The notes under the pieces: generated by a model
Seen by the model: only the letters and a program-made list of their open reading frames with translations
Database searches by the model: none
Told to the model about the DNA's origin: nothing
Origin: Escherichia coli
GTDB lineage: Bacteria > Pseudomonadota > Gammaproteobacteria > Enterobacterales > Enterobacteriaceae
DNA length: 64,000 nucleotides
Assembly (NCBI RefSeq): GCF_044324875.1
Contig: NZ_CP172185.1
Strand: one strand, 5' to 3'
Part shown: in pieces, positions 46,278 through 59,653 of the stretch
Numbering within the stretch: position 1 is the first letter of the stretch
How the letters are laid out: each line of letters begins with the position of its first letter
Position numbers and translations under genes: made by a program

Positions 46278-46852
46278 AAATAATCAATAAAAATCATTAT
46301 TAAAATGATCGGGTGAAAAAAAGAGAATTTGCCAACAATCTGAAGGAATGGAGGTTTTATTAAAGTACGTAGGGGGGTTAAGATGGCTTCTTTTCGGGTG
46401 AATTTTGCACAATACTTAGAAATCGTCTCCTTAATACACTCCAGCCCTTTTTTATTGACGGCTGAGCAAGTACATTGTTCGCCAAAAGGTGCAAAAGTGC
46501 CTACATCTAATGTTTGTATGATATAATCGTCATGTTCTCCTGTAGAAATATCTATGATGAATGGACTCATATTTTCCGGTTGGATTCGAATCATGACAGA
46601 AGGAACATCGCCTTGATAGAAGTTCAATGCAGTAATTGCAGATAATACTCTCCGCAGTTCATTACTTATACTGTATATTTTATTAACGTCATTGGTGGAG
46701 ACAATTTCTGCAAACTTTCTTTTTACCGTCCAATAATCAATATTTCTGTTGTGATTGTTAACCACTGCGTGCATTGGCGGGATTGAAGGGTGAAAAATAT
46801 GTGCAATTGGGAAGCCTTTCATTGATGCCTGCCTTGTCATCATGACAAACAA
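46274..46852 (-). CDS. yhaB: Uncharacterised protein YhaB
   Basis: ORF immediately upstream of yhaC in a low-GC segment; start codon uncertain (several in-frame Met near the N-terminus). Confidence 0.75.
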   Translation of the reverse strand: MFVMMTRQASMKGFPIAHIFHPSIPPMHAVVNNHNRNIDYWTVKRKFAEIVSTNDVNKIYSISNELRRVLSAITALNFYQGDVPSVMIRIQPENMSPFIIDISTGEHDDYIIQTLDVGTFAPFGEQCTCSAVNKKGLECIKETISKYCAKFTRKEAILTPLRTLIKPPFLQIVGKFSFFHPIILIMIFIDYL

Positions 46853-47077
46853 TAATAGATGCTTATTTTCCTAGCACGGCACTTTCGCACTATCAAAAAA
46901 CGCTCATTTACCCGGCATTACAGTAAACGAAGCAACATTCTGTGGCCTACGCCGATCAAAAGCTCTGTGAAAATTCCCCTTGTTGTCTTTGGCTGACCTT
47001 ATCGCGGCGACCAGCAATTATTCGTTTTGTGATCCTCAACACAAAATGCTATTCGTCACCTATGAGGGGAGAAGAAT

Positions 47078-47434
47078 TTATGGAAAACGATTGCATTCAC
47101 AAAATGACGTCCTGTCAGAAGAGAAAAAGTTGACGTTAATCAATTGTTCGAGATGATCAATACCTGTATTCGAAATTTTAACATATTGATAAAATAAATG
47201 TTTGTTCTCCAACAAATAGCGTGAAAAAATGTGACGTGCCGCATTATTTATCGCTGAAAATGATTTATTTATAATAAAATTTGAGAACTTGCTCATTAAA
47301 TTTAACTCAAAATTTGCCTGGTAATTATCCGGTAATTGCTTGAAATATGGTCTCAGCCCCTTTTTTGTATTAACCACATAACGAATGATGTTATCGCCAT
47401 AAAATATGGTTATCCCCGTCATTTTTTTTGACAA
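47078..47434 (-). CDS. tdcR: Putative tdc operon activator TdcR (length/start uncertain)
   Basis: AT-rich ORF divergent from tdcA, at the position of tdcR; the true product is probably shorter than the 118-aa track ORF. Confidence 0.5.
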   Translation of the reverse strand: MSKKMTGITIFYGDNIIRYVVNTKKGLRPYFKQLPDNYQANFELNLMSKFSNFIINKSFSAINNAARHIFSRYLLENKHLFYQYVKISNTGIDHLEQLINVNFFSSDRTSFCECNRFP

Positions 47435-47531
47435 AAATCAGGGTTTATGCTGATTTTTATACTTTAACTTATTGATATATAAAGATATTTAATTGGAATA
47501 ACGATGCCCTGGAAAGTATTGAAAGTTAATT

Positions 47532-47547
47532 TGTGAGTGGTCGCACA
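47532..47547. promoter_or_regulatory. CRP-binding-site-like palindrome (TGTGA-N6-GCACA) in the tdc promoter region
   Basis: ttgtgagtggtcgcacat about 70 bp upstream of tdcA; the tdc operon is known to be CRP-dependent. Confidence 0.5.
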
Positions 47548-47610
47548 TATCCTGTTCATTTCATTTTGATACACTTCATGCCGTCAATGAGGTAATTAAC
47601 GTAGGTCGTT

Positions 47611-48549
47611 ATGAGCACTATTCTTCTTCCGAAAACGCAGCACCTGGTAGTCTTTCAGGAAGTCATTAGAAGTGGCTCTATCGGCTCGGCTGCAAAAGAA
47701 TTAGGGTTAACTCAACCGGCCGTCAGCAAAATCATTAACGATATTGAAGATTATTTTGGCGTGGAATTAGTGGTGCGGAAAAATACCGGTGTAACATTAA
47801 CACCTGCCGGTCAATTGTTACTCTCCCGTTCCGAATCCATTACCCGTGAAATGAAAAATATGGTTAATGAGATAAGCGGTATGTCTTCTGAGGCGGTGGT
47901 GGAAGTCTCATTTGGTTTTCCTTCATTGATTGGTTTTACTTTTATGTCCGGGATGATCAACAAGTTCAAAGAGGTGTTCCCGAAAGCGCAGGTTTCTATG
48001 TATGAAGCGCAACTGTCTTCGTTCTTACCGGCAATCCGCGACGGTCGACTGGATTTTGCGATTGGTACGTTAAGCGCAGAAATGAAGCTTCAGGATTTAC
48101 ATGTTGAGCCGCTGTTCGAGTCCGAGTTTGTGCTGGTAGCCAGTAAGTCCCGAACATGCACCGGCACCACCACGCTGGAGTCGTTGAAGAACGAACAGTG
48201 GGTGTTGCCACAAACCAATATGGGGTACTACAGCGAGCTACTTACTACGTTACAAAGAAATGGCATCAGTATTGAAAACATCGTTAAAACCGACTCAGTC
48301 GTGACAATTTATAATCTTGTTCTCAATGCTGATTTCTTAACTGTAATTCCTTGTGATATGACATCACCTTTTGGTTCAAATCAATTTATTACTATTCCGG
48401 TTGAAGAAACATTACCTGTGGCACAATATGCCGCGGTATGGTCGAAAAATTATCGTATTAAAAAAGCAGCATCGGTTTTGGTGGAATTAGCCAAAGAGTA
48501 TTCATCTTATAATGGGTGTAGACGAAGGCAATTAATTGAAGTTGGTTAG
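47611..48549 (+). CDS. tdcA: LysR-type transcriptional activator TdcA (312 aa)
   Basis: N-terminal HTH (GSIGSAAKELGLTQPAVSKII) and LysR substrate-binding domain. Confidence 0.93.
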   Translation: MSTILLPKTQHLVVFQEVIRSGSIGSAAKELGLTQPAVSKIINDIEDYFGVELVVRKNTGVTLTPAGQLLLSRSESITREMKNMVNEISGMSSEAVVEVSFGFPSLIGFTFMSGMINKFKEVFPKAQVSMYEAQLSSFLPAIRDGRLDFAIGTLSAEMKLQDLHVEPLFESEFVLVASKSRTCTGTTTLESLKNEQWVLPQTNMGYYSELLTTLQRNGISIENIVKTDSVVTIYNLVLNADFLTVIPCDMTSPFGSNQFITIPVEETLPVAQYAAVWSKNYRIKKAASVLVELAKEYSSYNGCRRRQLIEVG

Positions 48550-48647
48550 TTATTTGTTTTTATTTAAACATAAATAATCCACCTGTCTGTTTTGCAGGTG
48601 TCGGTTACGGTTACCTACATATTTAATTCAGGCTAAGAGGTTTTATA

Positions 48648-49637
48648 ATGCATATTACATACGATCTCCCGGTTGCTATTGATGACATCATTGAAGCAAA
48701 ACAACGACTGGCTGGGCGAATTTATAAAACAGGCATGCCTCGCTCCAACTATTTTAGTGAACGTTGCAAAGGTGAAATATTCCTCAAATTCGAAAACATG
48801 CAGCGTACCGGTTCATTTAAGATTCGTGGCGCATTTAATAAATTAAGTTCACTGACCGATGCGGAAAAACGTAAAGGTGTAGTGGCCTGCTCTGCGGGCA
48901 ACCATGCGCAAGGGGTTTCCCTCTCCTGCGCGATGCTGGGTATCGACGGTAAAGTGGTGATGCCAAAAGGCGCGCCGAAATCCAAAGTAGCGGCAACGTG
49001 CGACTACTCTGCAGAAGTCGTTCTGCATGGTGATAACTTCAACGACACTATCGCTAAAGTGAGCGAAATTGTCGAAATGGAAGGCCGTATTTTTATCCCA
49101 CCTTATGATGATCCGAAAGTGATTGCTGGCCAGGGAACGATTGGTCTGGAAATTATGGAAGATCTCTATGATGTCGATAACGTGATTGTGCCAATTGGTG
49201 GTGGCGGTTTAATTGCTGGTATTGCGGTGGCAATTAAATCTATTAACCCGACCATTCGTGTTATTGGCGTACAGTCTGAAAACGTTCACGGCATGGCGGC
49301 TTCTTTCCACTCCGGAGAAATAACCACGCACCGAACTACCGGCACCCTGGCGGATGGTTGTGATGTCTCCCGCCCGGGTAATTTAACTTACGAAATCGTT
49401 CGTGAATTAGTCGATGACATCGTGCTGGTCAGCGAAGATGAAATCAGAAACAGTATGATTGCCTTAATTCAGCGCAATAAAGTCGTCACCGAAGGCGCAG
49501 GCGCTCTGGCATGTGCTGCATTATTAAGCGGTAAATTAGACCAATATATTCAAAACAGAAAAACCGTCAGTATTATTTCCGGCGGCAATATCGATCTTTC
49601 TCGCGTCTCTCAAATCACCGGTTTCGTTGACGCTTAA
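48648..49637 (+). CDS. tdcB: Catabolic threonine dehydratase TdcB (329 aa)
   Basis: PLP-dependent fold type II with SFKIRGA lysine motif. Confidence 0.95.
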
Positions 49638-49655
49638 TTAATTCGTTGAGGATAG

Positions 49656-50990
<1,335 letters not shown>

Positions 50991-51015
50991 TCCGTAACTC
51001 AGGATGAGAAAAGAG

Positions 51016-52224
51016 ATGAATGAATTTCCGGTTGTTTTGGTTATTAACTGTGGTTCGTCTTCGATTAAGTTTTCCGTACTCGATGCCAGCGACTGTGAAG
51101 TATTAATGTCAGGTATTGCCGACGGTATTAACTCGGAAAATGCATTCTTATCCGTAAATGGGGGAGAGCCAGCACCGCTGGCTCACCACAGCTACGAAGG
51201 TGCATTGAAGGCAATTGCATTTGAACTGGAAAAACGGAATTTAAATGACAGTGTGGCCTTAATTGGCCACCGCATCGCTCACGGCGGCAGTATTTTTACC
51301 GAGTCCGCCATTATTACCGATGAAGTCATTGATAATATCCGTCGCGTTTCTCCACTGGCACCCCTGCATAATTACGCCAATTTAAGTGGTATTGAATCGG
51401 CGCAGCAATTATTTCCGGGCGTAACTCAGGTAGCGGTATTTGATACCAGTTTCCACCAGACGATGGCTCCGGAAGCTTATTTATACGGCCTGCCGTGGAA
51501 ATATTATGAAGAGTTAGGTGTACGCCGTTATGGTTTCCACGGCACGTCGCACCGCTATGTTTCCCAGCGCGCGCATTCTTTGCTGAATCTGGCGGAAGAT
51601 GACTCCGGCCTGGTTGTGGCGCATCTTGGCAATGGCGCGTCAATCTGCGCAGTTTGCAACGGTCAGAGTGTTGACACTTCAATGGGAATGACGCCGCTGG
51701 AAGGCTTGATGATGGGTACCCGCAGTGGTGATGTCGACTTTGGTGCGATGTCCTGGGTCGCCAGCCAAACCAACCAGAGCCTGGGTGACCTGGAACGCGT
51801 AGTGAATAAAGAGTCGGGATTATTAGGTATTTCCGGTCTTTCTTCGGATTTACGTGTTCTGGAAAAAGCCTGGCATGAAGGTCACGAACGCGCGCAACTG
51901 GCAATTAAAACCTTTGTTCACCGAATTGCCCGTCATATTGCCGGACACGCAGCCTCATTACGTCGCCTGGATGGAATTATATTCACCGGCGGAATAGGAG
52001 AAAATTCAAGTTTAATTCGTCGTCTGGTCATGGAACATTTGGCTGTATTAGGCGTAGAGATTGATACAGAAATGAATAATCGCTCTAACTCCTGTGGAGA
52101 GCGAATTGTTTCCAGTGAAAATGCCCGTGTCATTTGCGCCGTTATCCCAACCAACGAAGAAAAAATGATTGCTTTGGATGCCATTCATTTAGGCAAAGTG
52201 AACGCGTCCGCAGAATTTGCATAA
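51016..52224 (+). CDS. tdcD: Propionate kinase TdcD (402 aa)
   Basis: Acetate/propionate kinase family ([16 protein letters not shown]...). Confidence 0.9.
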   Translation: MNEFPVVLVINCGSSSIKFSVLDASDCEVLMSGIADGINSENAFLSVNGGEPAPLAHHSYEGALKAIAFELEKRNLNDSVALIGHRIAHGGSIFTESAIITDEVIDNIRRVSPLAPLHNYANLSGIESAQQLFPGVTQVAVFDTSFHQTMAPEAYLYGLPWKYYEELGVRRYGFHGTSHRYVSQRAHSLLNLAEDDSGLVVAHLGNGASICAVCNGQSVDTSMGMTPLEGLMMGTRSGDVDFGAMSWVASQTNQSLGDLERVVNKESGLLGISGLSSDLRVLEKAWHEGHERAQLAIKTFVHRIARHIAGHAASLRRLDGIIFTGGIGENSSLIRRLVMEHLAVLGVEIDTEMNNRSNSCGERIVSSENARVICAVIPTNEEKMIALDAIHLGKVNASAEFA

Positions 52225-52257
52225 TTTAGTTGAAGTATTGTAGAGAGATTATTTTTC

Positions 52258-54552
52258 ATGAAGGTAGATATTGATACCAGCGATAAGCTGTACGCCGACG
52301 CATGGCTTGGCTTTAAAGGTACGGACTGGAAAAACGAAATTAATGTCCGCGATTTTATTCAACATAACTATATACCGTATGAAGGTGATGAATCTTTTCT
52401 CGCCGAAGCGACGCCAGCCACCACGGAATTGTGGGAAAAGGTGATGGAAGGCATTCGTATTGAAAACGCAACCCACGCGCCGGTTGATTTCGATACCAAT
52501 ATTGCTACCACCATTACCGCTCATGATGCGGGATATATTAACCAGCCGCTGGAAAAAATTGTTGGCCTGCAAACGGATGCGCCGTTGAAACGTGCGTTAC
52601 ACCCGTTCGGTGGCATTAATATGATTAAAAGTTCATTCCACGCCTATGGTCGTAAAATGGACAGTGAATTTGAATATCTGTTTACCGATCTGCGTAAAAC
52701 CCATAACCAGGGCGTATTTGATGTTTACTCACCGGATATGCTGCGCTGCCGTAAATCTGGCGTGCTGACCGGTTTACCAGATGGCTATGGTCGTGGGCGC
52801 ATTATCGGTGACTATCGCCGCGTAGCGCTGTATGGCATCAGTTATCTGGTGCGTGAACGCGAACTGCAATTTGCCGATCTCCAGTCTCGTCTGGAAAAAG
52901 GCGAGGATCTGGAAGCCACTATCCGTCTGCGTGAGGAGCTGGCAGAGCATCGTCATGCGCTTTTGCAGATTCAGGAAATGGCGGCGAAATATGGCTTTGA
53001 TATCTCTCGCCCGGCGCAGAATGCACAGGAAGCGGTGCAGTGGCTCTACTTCGCTTATCTGGCGGCAGTGAAATCGCAAAATGGCGGCGCGATGTCGCTG
53101 GGGCGCACGGCATCGTTCCTCGATATCTACATTGAGCGCGACTTTAAAGCTGGCGTACTCAATGAGCAGCAGGCACAGGAACTGATCGATCACTTCATCA
53201 TGAAGATCCGTATGGTACGCTTCCTGCGTACACCGGAATTTGATTCGCTGTTCTCCGGCGACCCAATCTGGGCGACGGAAGTGATCGGCGGGATGGGGCT
53301 GGACGGTCGTACGCTGGTGACCAAAAACTCCTTCCGCTATTTGCACACCCTGCACACTATGGGGCCGGCACCGGAACCTAACCTGACCATTCTTTGGTCG
53401 GAAGAATTACCGATTGCCTTCAAAAAATATGCCGCGCAGGTGTCGATCGTCACCTCTTCCTTGCAGTATGAAAACGACGATCTGATGCGTACTGACTTCA
53501 ACAGCGACGATTACGCGATTGCCTGCTGCGTCAGCCCAATGGTGATTGGTAAGCAAATGCAGTTCTTTGGTGCACGCGCTAACCTGGCGAAAACGCTGCT
53601 GTACGCAATTAACGGCGGGGTGGATGAGAAGCTGAAGATTCAGGTTGGGCCGAAAACGGCACCGCTGATGGACGACGTGCTGGATTACGACAAAGTGATG
53701 GACAGTCTCGATCACTTCATGGACTGGCTGGCGGTGCAGTACATCAGTGCGCTGAATATCATTCACTACATGCACGACAAGTACAGCTACGAAGCTTCGC
53801 TGATGGCGCTACACGATCGTGATGTCTATCGCACCATGGCGTGCGGCATCGCGGGCCTGTCGGTGGCGACGGACTCCCTGTCTGCCATCAAATATGCCCG
53901 CGTGAAACCAATCCGTGACGAAAACGGCCTGGCGGTGGACTTTGAAATCGACGGCGAATATCCGCAGTACGGTAACAACGACGAGCGCGTAGACAGCATT
54001 GCCTGCGATCTGGTTGAACGCTTTATGAAGAAAATTAAAGCGCTGCCAACCTATCGCAACGCCGTCCCTACCCAGTCGATTCTGACTATCACTTCTAACG
54101 TGGTGTACGGCCAGAAAACCGGTAACACGCCAGACGGTCGTCGTGCGGGTACACCGTTCGCACCGGGCGCTAACCCGATGCACGGTCGTGACCGCAAAGG
54201 TGCGGTAGCCTCGCTGACGTCGGTGGCGAAACTGCCGTTCACCTACGCCAAAGACGGGATCTCGTACACCTTCTCGATCGTGCCTGCGGCGCTGGGCAAA
54301 GAAGATCCAGTACGTAAAACCAACCTTGTCGGCCTGCTGGATGGGTATTTCCACCACGAAGCGGATGTCGAAGGCGGTCAACACCTCAACGTCAACGTAA
54401 TGAATAGGGAAATGCTGCTGGATGCCATCGAGCACCCGGAAAAATATCCTAACCTGACAATCCGTGTCTCTGGCTACGCCGTGCGCTTCAACGCACTGAC
54501 CCGTGAACAGCAACAGGATGTTATTTCACGTACTTTTACCCAGGCGCTCTGA
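52258..54552 (+). CDS. tdcE: 2-ketobutyrate formate-lyase / pyruvate formate-lyase TdcE (764 aa)
   Basis: Glycyl-radical enzyme; C-terminal RVSGYAV glycyl radical motif. Confidence 0.95.
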   Translation: MKVDIDTSDKLYADAWLGFKGTDWKNEINVRDFIQHNYIPYEGDESFLAEATPATTELWEKVMEGIRIENATHAPVDFDTNIATTITAHDAGYINQPLEKIVGLQTDAPLKRALHPFGGINMIKSSFHAYGRKMDSEFEYLFTDLRKTHNQGVFDVYSPDMLRCRKSGVLTGLPDGYGRGRIIGDYRRVALYGISYLVRERELQFADLQSRLEKGEDLEATIRLREELAEHRHALLQIQEMAAKYGFDISRPAQNAQEAVQWLYFAYLAAVKSQNGGAMSLGRTASFLDIYIERDFKAGVLNEQQAQELIDHFIMKIRMVRFLRTPEFDSLFSGDPIWATEVIGGMGLDGRTLVTKNSFRYLHTLHTMGPAPEPNLTILWSEELPIAFKKYAAQVSIVTSSLQYENDDLMRTDFNSDDYAIACCVSPMVIGKQMQFFGARANLAKTLLYAINGGVDEKLKIQVGPKTAPLMDDVLDYDKVMDSLDHFMDWLAVQYISALNIIHYMHDKYSYEASLMALHDRDVYRTMACGIAGLSVATDSLSAIKYARVKPIRDENGLAVDFEIDGEYPQYGNNDERVDSIACDLVERFMKKIKALPTYRNAVPTQSILTITSNVVYGQKTGNTPDGRRAGTPFAPGANPMHGRDRKGAVASLTSVAKLPFTYAKDGISYTFSIVPAALGKEDPVRKTNLVGLLDGYFHHEADVEGGQHLNVNVMNREMLLDAIEHPEKYPNLTIRVSGYAVRFNALTREQQQDVISRTFTQAL

Positions 54553-54565
54553 CGCCGGAGGATGT

Positions 54566-54955
54566 ATGAAAAAGATTATCGAAACGCAACGTGCCCCAGG
54601 CGCAATCGGCCCTTATGTTCAGGGCGTTGATTTAGGCAGCATGGTCTTCACCTCCGGGCAAATTCCGGTTTGCCCACAAACCGGTGAGATCCCGGCTGAT
54701 GTGCAAGATCAGGCGCGTTTAAGCCTCGAAAACGTCAAAGCGATCGTGGTTGCTGCCGGGCTGAGCGTGGGCGATATCATCAAGATGACCGTGTTCATCA
54801 CCGATCTGAATGATTTTGCCACCATCAACGAAGTCTATAAGCAGTTCTTCGATGAGCATCAGGCGACCTACCCGACCCGGAGCTGTGTACAGGTCGCGCG
54901 TTTGCCGAAAGATGTGAAGCTGGAAATTGAAGCCATCGCAGTACGTAGTGCGTAA
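54566..54955 (+). CDS. tdcF: RidA-family enamine/imine deaminase TdcF (129 aa)
   Basis: YjgF/RidA fold (MKKIIETQRAPGAIGPYVQG...); internal ATG chosen. Confidence 0.9.
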   Translation: MKKIIETQRAPGAIGPYVQGVDLGSMVFTSGQIPVCPQTGEIPADVQDQARLSLENVKAIVVAAGLSVGDIIKMTVFITDLNDFATINEVYKQFFDEHQATYPTRSCVQVARLPKDVKLEIEAIAVRSA

Positions 54956-55026
54956 AGCCTCGTGAGCGGGACGGTCGCAAGGTCGTTCCGCTCCACTTCA
55001 CTGAACGGCAATCCGAGGGTGTGGAT

Positions 55027-56391
55027 ATGATTAGTGCATTCGATATTTTCAAAATTGGGATTGGTCCCTCCAGTTCGCATACCGTGGGGCCAATGAATGC
55101 CGGAAAAAGTTTTATTGATCGGCTGGAAAGTAGCGGCTTATTAACCGCGACGAGCCATATTGTGGTCGATCTGTACGGGTCGTTGTCACTGACGGGCAAA
55201 GGCCATGCCACGGATGTCGCCATTATCATGGGACTGGCAGGAAACAGTCCGCAGGATGTTGTCATTGATGAGATCCCTGCATTTATAGAGTTAGTAACGC
55301 GCAGCGGGCGGCTGCCAGTGGCATCTGGTGCGCATATTGTTGATTTTCCTGTAGCAAAGAACATTATCTTCCATCCCGAAATGTTGCCTCGCCATGAGAA
55401 CGGAATGCGGATCACTGCCTGGAAGGGACAGGAAGCGCTATTAAGTAAAACCTATTACTCTGTCGGCGGCGGGTTTATTGTCGAAGAAGAACACTTCGGC
55501 CTGTCGCACGATGTCGAAACGTCCGTACCTTACGATTTCCACTCAGCAGGTGAACTGCTGAAAATGTGTGATTACAACGGCCTGTCTATATCTGGTCTGA
55601 TGATGCACAACGAGCTGGCGCTGCGCAGCAAAGCGGAAATTGACGCAGGGTTTGCCCGTATCTGGCAAGTGATGCATGACGGTATTGAACGCGGGATGAA
55701 CACTGAAGGCGTGCTGCCTGGTCCGCTCAATGTGCCGCGTCGTGCCGTAGCGCTGCGTCGTCAGCTGGTTTCCAGCGATAATATCTCTAACGATCCGATG
55801 AATGTCATCGACTGGATCAATATGTACGCGCTGGCGGTTAGTGAAGAAAACGCAGCTGGCGGGCGCGTGGTGACGGCACCGACTAACGGTGCGTGCGGCA
55901 TTATTCCGGCAGTGCTGGCTTATTACGATAAGTTCCGTCGTCCGGTAAACGAGCGGTCAATTGCCCGCTATTTTCTGGCAGCGGGGGCTATTGGCGCGCT
56001 GTATAAAATGAACGCCTCCATCTCTGGCGCGGAAGTCGGCTGTCAGGGGGAGATTGGCGTGGCCTGTTCAATGGCGGCGGCAGGGTTAACTGAACTCCTG
56101 GGCGGCAGTCCGGCGCAGGTGTGCAATGCGGCGGAAATCGCGATGGAGCATAACCTTGGGCTGACCTGCGATCCGGTTGCCGGACAGGTACAAATCCCGT
56201 GCATTGAACGTAATGCCATTAATGCCGTGAAAGCAGTAAATGCCGCACGGATGGCGATGCGCCGCACCTCGGCACCGCGTGTTTCACTCGATAAAGTGAT
56301 CGAGACGATGTATGAAACCGGCAAAGATATGAACGATAAATACCGCGAAACATCACGCGGAGGACTGGCCATTAAAGTGGTCTGCGGCTGA
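55027..56391 (+). CDS. tdcG: L-serine dehydratase TdcG (454 aa)
   Basis: Fe-S L-serine dehydratase family ([23 protein letters not shown]...); second ATG chosen. Confidence 0.9.
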   Translation: MISAFDIFKIGIGPSSSHTVGPMNAGKSFIDRLESSGLLTATSHIVVDLYGSLSLTGKGHATDVAIIMGLAGNSPQDVVIDEIPAFIELVTRSGRLPVASGAHIVDFPVAKNIIFHPEMLPRHENGMRITAWKGQEALLSKTYYSVGGGFIVEEEHFGLSHDVETSVPYDFHSAGELLKMCDYNGLSISGLMMHNELALRSKAEIDAGFARIWQVMHDGIERGMNTEGVLPGPLNVPRRAVALRRQLVSSDNISNDPMNVIDWINMYALAVSEENAAGGRVVTAPTNGACGIIPAVLAYYDKFRRPVNERSIARYFLAAGAIGALYKMNASISGAEVGCQGEIGVACSMAAAGLTELLGGSPAQVCNAAEIAMEHNLGLTCDPVAGQVQIPCIERNAINAVKAVNAARMAMRRTSAPRVSLDKVIETMYETGKDMNDKYRETSRGGLAIKVVCG

Positions 56392-56414
56392 CATTGCTGT
56401 CAGCTTTCATCCTT

Positions 56415-56441
56415 GGGTGCACAAATGTGCACCTTTTTTTG
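56415..56441 (+). terminator. tdc operon intrinsic terminator
   Basis: ggtgcac-aaat-gtgcacc hairpin followed by tttttttt after the tdcG stop. Confidence 0.65.
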
Positions 56442-56664
56442 TGATCTGCCGCAAATAGAGAATGAATATTCTCTTGCGATTAATTTAGTAGAAAATTCTT
56501 ATCCATCTCCGTTATTTCAAAGTCTTGATTGTGAAGATTTTCTCTGACCTCGCGCGTATCATTTCTTTATTCTAATAACTCGCCTGCAAAAACGTAGACC
56601 GCATATCGCCTTGATGCGGCTCGGAAAAAAATAATAAGCCCTACAAAATATTGAGCGAGAAATT

Positions 56665-57996
56665 ATGGAAATTGCATCGAATAAAGGCGTCATTGCAGAC
56701 GCTTCGACCCCGGCGGGTCGTGCTGGAATGAGTGAGAGCGAGTGGCGAGAAGCGATCAAATTCGACAGTACTGACACAGGCTGGGTGATTATGAGTATCG
56801 GGATGGCGATTGGCGCGGGGATTGTTTTTCTCCCGGTGCAGGTCGGTTTGATGGGATTGTGGGTATTTTTGCTCTCATCGGTGATTGGTTACCCGGCAAT
56901 GTATCTGTTTCAGCGGTTGTTTATTAATACGCTGGCAGAATCACCAGAATGTAAAGATTACCCGAGTGTCATTAGCGGTTATTTAGGTAAAAACTGGGGC
57001 ATCCTGTTAGGTGCGCTCTATTTCGTAATGCTGGTGATTTGGATGTTCGTCTATTCCACCGCCATCACCAACGATAGTGCTTCCTACCTGCATACCTTCG
57101 GCGTGACGGAAGGGTTGCTGTCAGACAGTCCCTTTTATGGTCTGGTACTGATTTGCATTCTGGTGGCGATCTCCTCACGCGGCGAGAAATTGTTATTCAA
57201 AATTTCGACGGGCATGGTGCTGACCAAGCTGCTGGTGGTCGCGGCGCTGGGCGTGTCGATGGTGGGAATGTGGCATCTGTATAACGTCGGTTCGCTACCG
57301 CCGCTGGGGCTGCTGGTGAAAAACGCCATTATTACGCTGCCGTTTACCCTGACGTCGATTCTGTTTATCCAGACGTTAAGCCCGATGGTGATCTCTTATC
57401 GCTCGCGGGAAAAATCAATTGAAGTGGCGCGGCATAAAGCATTGCGGGCAATGAATATCGCGTTTGGCATTTTGTTTGTCACCGTCTTTTTCTACGCCGT
57501 GTCGTTCACGCTGGCGATGGGACATGACGAAGCGGTAAAAGCCTACGAGCAGAATATTTCCGCGTTGGCGATTGCCGCACAGTTTATTAGCGGTGACGGC
57601 GCAGCGTGGGTGAAAGTGGTCAGCGTCATTCTCAATATCTTTGCTGTAATGACTGCATTCTTTGGCGTCTATTTAGGCTTTCGCGAAGCAACGCAAGGGA
57701 TCGTAATGAACATCCTGCGTCGCAAGATACCTGCCGAGAAGATTAACGAAAATCTCGTTCAGCGCGGCATCATGATTTTCGCCATTTTGCTGGCCTGGAG
57801 CGCCATCGTACTGAACGCCCCGGTGTTGAGCTTCACCTCTATCTGTAGCCCGATTTTCGGCATGGTAGGGTGCCTGATCCCGGCGTGGCTGGTTTACAAA
57901 GTACCGGCATTGCACAAATACAAAGGGATGTCTCTGTACCTGATTATCGTCACTGGTTTGTTGCTTTGTGTTTCTCCGTTCCTGGCATTTTCTTGA
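56665..57996 (+). CDS. cyuP: Cysteine/serine transporter CyuP (YhaO, 443 aa)
   Basis: HAAAP-family transporter paralogous to TdcC/SdaC; translation matches YhaO. Confidence 0.9.
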   Translation: MEIASNKGVIADASTPAGRAGMSESEWREAIKFDSTDTGWVIMSIGMAIGAGIVFLPVQVGLMGLWVFLLSSVIGYPAMYLFQRLFINTLAESPECKDYPSVISGYLGKNWGILLGALYFVMLVIWMFVYSTAITNDSASYLHTFGVTEGLLSDSPFYGLVLICILVAISSRGEKLLFKISTGMVLTKLLVVAALGVSMVGMWHLYNVGSLPPLGLLVKNAIITLPFTLTSILFIQTLSPMVISYRSREKSIEVARHKALRAMNIAFGILFVTVFFYAVSFTLAMGHDEAVKAYEQNISALAIAAQFISGDGAAWVKVVSVILNIFAVMTAFFGVYLGFREATQGIVMNILRRKIPAEKINENLVQRGIMIFAILLAWSAIVLNAPVLSFTSICSPIFGMVGCLIPAWLVYKVPALHKYKGMSLYLIIVTGLLLCVSPFLAFS

Positions 57997-58023
57997 TTTA
58001 CCTGAAATTTTAAGGTTTTTAAT

Positions 58024-59334
58024 ATGTTTGATTCGACTTTAAATCCGTTATGGCAGCGTTACATCCTCGCCGTTCAGGAGGAGGTAAAACCGGCGCTGGG
58101 GTGTACTGAACCGATTTCACTGGCGCTGGCAGCGGCGGTTGCTGCGGCTGAACTGGAAGGTCCGGTTGAACGTGTAGAAGCCTGTGTTTCGCCAAATCTG
58201 ATGAAGAACGGTCTGGGCGTCACCGTTCCCGGCACGGGAATGGTGGGGCTGCCGATTGCGGCGGCGCTGGGAGCGTTAGGTGGAAATGCTAACGCCGGGC
58301 TGGAAGTGCTGAAAGATGCAACTGCGCAGGCAATTGCCGATGCCAAAGCACTGCTGGCGGCGGGGAAAGTCTCAGTTAAGATCCAGGAACCTTGCGATGA
58401 AATCCTCTTCTCACGCGCCAAAGTCTGGAACGGTGAGAAGTGGGCGTGTGTCACCATTGTCGGCGGGCATACCAACATTGTGCATATTGAGACGCACAAT
58501 GGTGTGGTGTTTACCCAGCAGGCGTGTGTGACAGAGGGCGAGCAAGAGTCGCCGCTGACGGTGCTTTCCAGGACGACGCTGGCTGAGATCCTGAAGTTCG
58601 TCAATGAAGTCCCGTTTGCGGCGATCCGCTTTATTCTCGATTCTGCGAAGTTAAATTGTGCGTTATCGCAGGAAGGTTTGAGCGGTAACTGGGGGCTGCA
58701 TATTGGTGCGACGCTGGAAAAACAGTGCGCGCGCGGTTTGCTGGCGAAAGATCTCTCTTCATCCATTGTGATTCGTACCAGCGCGGCATCCGATGCGCGT
58801 ATGGGCGGCGCTACGCTTCCGGCAATGAGTAACTCCGGCTCGGGTAACCAAGGGATCACCGCAACAATGCCTGTGGTGGTGGTAGCAGAACACTTCGGAG
58901 CGGATGATGAACGGCTGGCGCGTGCGCTGATGCTTTCGCATTTGAGCGCGATTTACATCCATAACCAGTTACCGCGTTTGTCTGCGCTTTGTGCCGCAAC
59001 GACCGCAGCAATGGGGGCCGCCGCCGGGATGGCATGGCTGGTGGATGGGCGTTATGAAACCATTTCGATGGCGATCAGCAGTATGATCGGCGATGTCAGC
59101 GGCATGATTTGCGATGGTGCGTCGAACAGCTGCGCGATGAAGGTTTCGACCAGTGCTTCGGCTGCGTGGAAAGCGGTGTTAATGGCGCTGGATGATACCG
59201 CCGTGACCGGCAATGAAGGGATTGTGGCGCATGATGTTGAGCAGTCGATTTCCAACCTGTGTGCGTTAGCAAGCCATTCGATGCAGCAAACGGATCGGCA
59301 GATTATCGAGATTATGGCGAGCAAGGCCAGATAA
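58024..59334 (+). CDS. cyuA: Anaerobic L-cysteine desulfidase CyuA (YhaM, UPF0597, 436 aa)
   Basis: Translation matches YhaM; directly downstream of cyuP. Confidence 0.9.
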   Translation: MFDSTLNPLWQRYILAVQEEVKPALGCTEPISLALAAAVAAAELEGPVERVEACVSPNLMKNGLGVTVPGTGMVGLPIAAALGALGGNANAGLEVLKDATAQAIADAKALLAAGKVSVKIQEPCDEILFSRAKVWNGEKWACVTIVGGHTNIVHIETHNGVVFTQQACVTEGEQESPLTVLSRTTLAEILKFVNEVPFAAIRFILDSAKLNCALSQEGLSGNWGLHIGATLEKQCARGLLAKDLSSSIVIRTSAASDARMGGATLPAMSNSGSGNQGITATMPVVVVAEHFGADDERLARALMLSHLSAIYIHNQLPRLSALCAATTAAMGAAAGMAWLVDGRYETISMAISSMIGDVSGMICDGASNSCAMKVSTSASAAWKAVLMALDDTAVTGNEGIVAHDVEQSISNLCALASHSMQQTDRQIIEIMASKAR

Positions 59335-59351
59335 ACGCCAGGTTTTGGGTA

Positions 59352-59458
<107 letters not shown>

Positions 59459-59466
59459 ACCTGTCT

Positions 59467-59631
59467 TTACGCGGTAGCTTCATCCTCGGCTAAACGCGTT
59501 TCAGCATCCGCGACGATGGCTTCCAGCTCGCTCAACATCTCTTCATAGCCAAAATTATTGGCGGTGCGAGCAGGTTCTTTCGCCACCACGGGCTTCACTG
59601 GCTGACGCTTTTTGGCCGATTTTTTACTCAT
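59467..59631 (-). CDS. yhaL: Small protein YhaL (54 aa); not in the supplied ORF track
   Basis: Hand translation of the reverse strand gives MSKKSAKKRQPVKPVVAKEPARTANNFGYEEMLSELEAIVADAETRLAEDEATA with stop; position and sequence fit yhaL. Confidence 0.8.
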   Translation of the reverse strand: MSKKSAKKRQPVKPVVAKEPARTANNFGYEEMLSELEAIVADAETRLAEDEATA

Positions 59632-59653
59632 CATCATCTCCCTGTAAAAACAA

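Noticed and set aside
46942-47133. 63-aa ORF between yhaB and tdcR
   Set aside because: No RBS, overlaps the tdcR 3-prime region on the opposite strand, and has no recognisable features.
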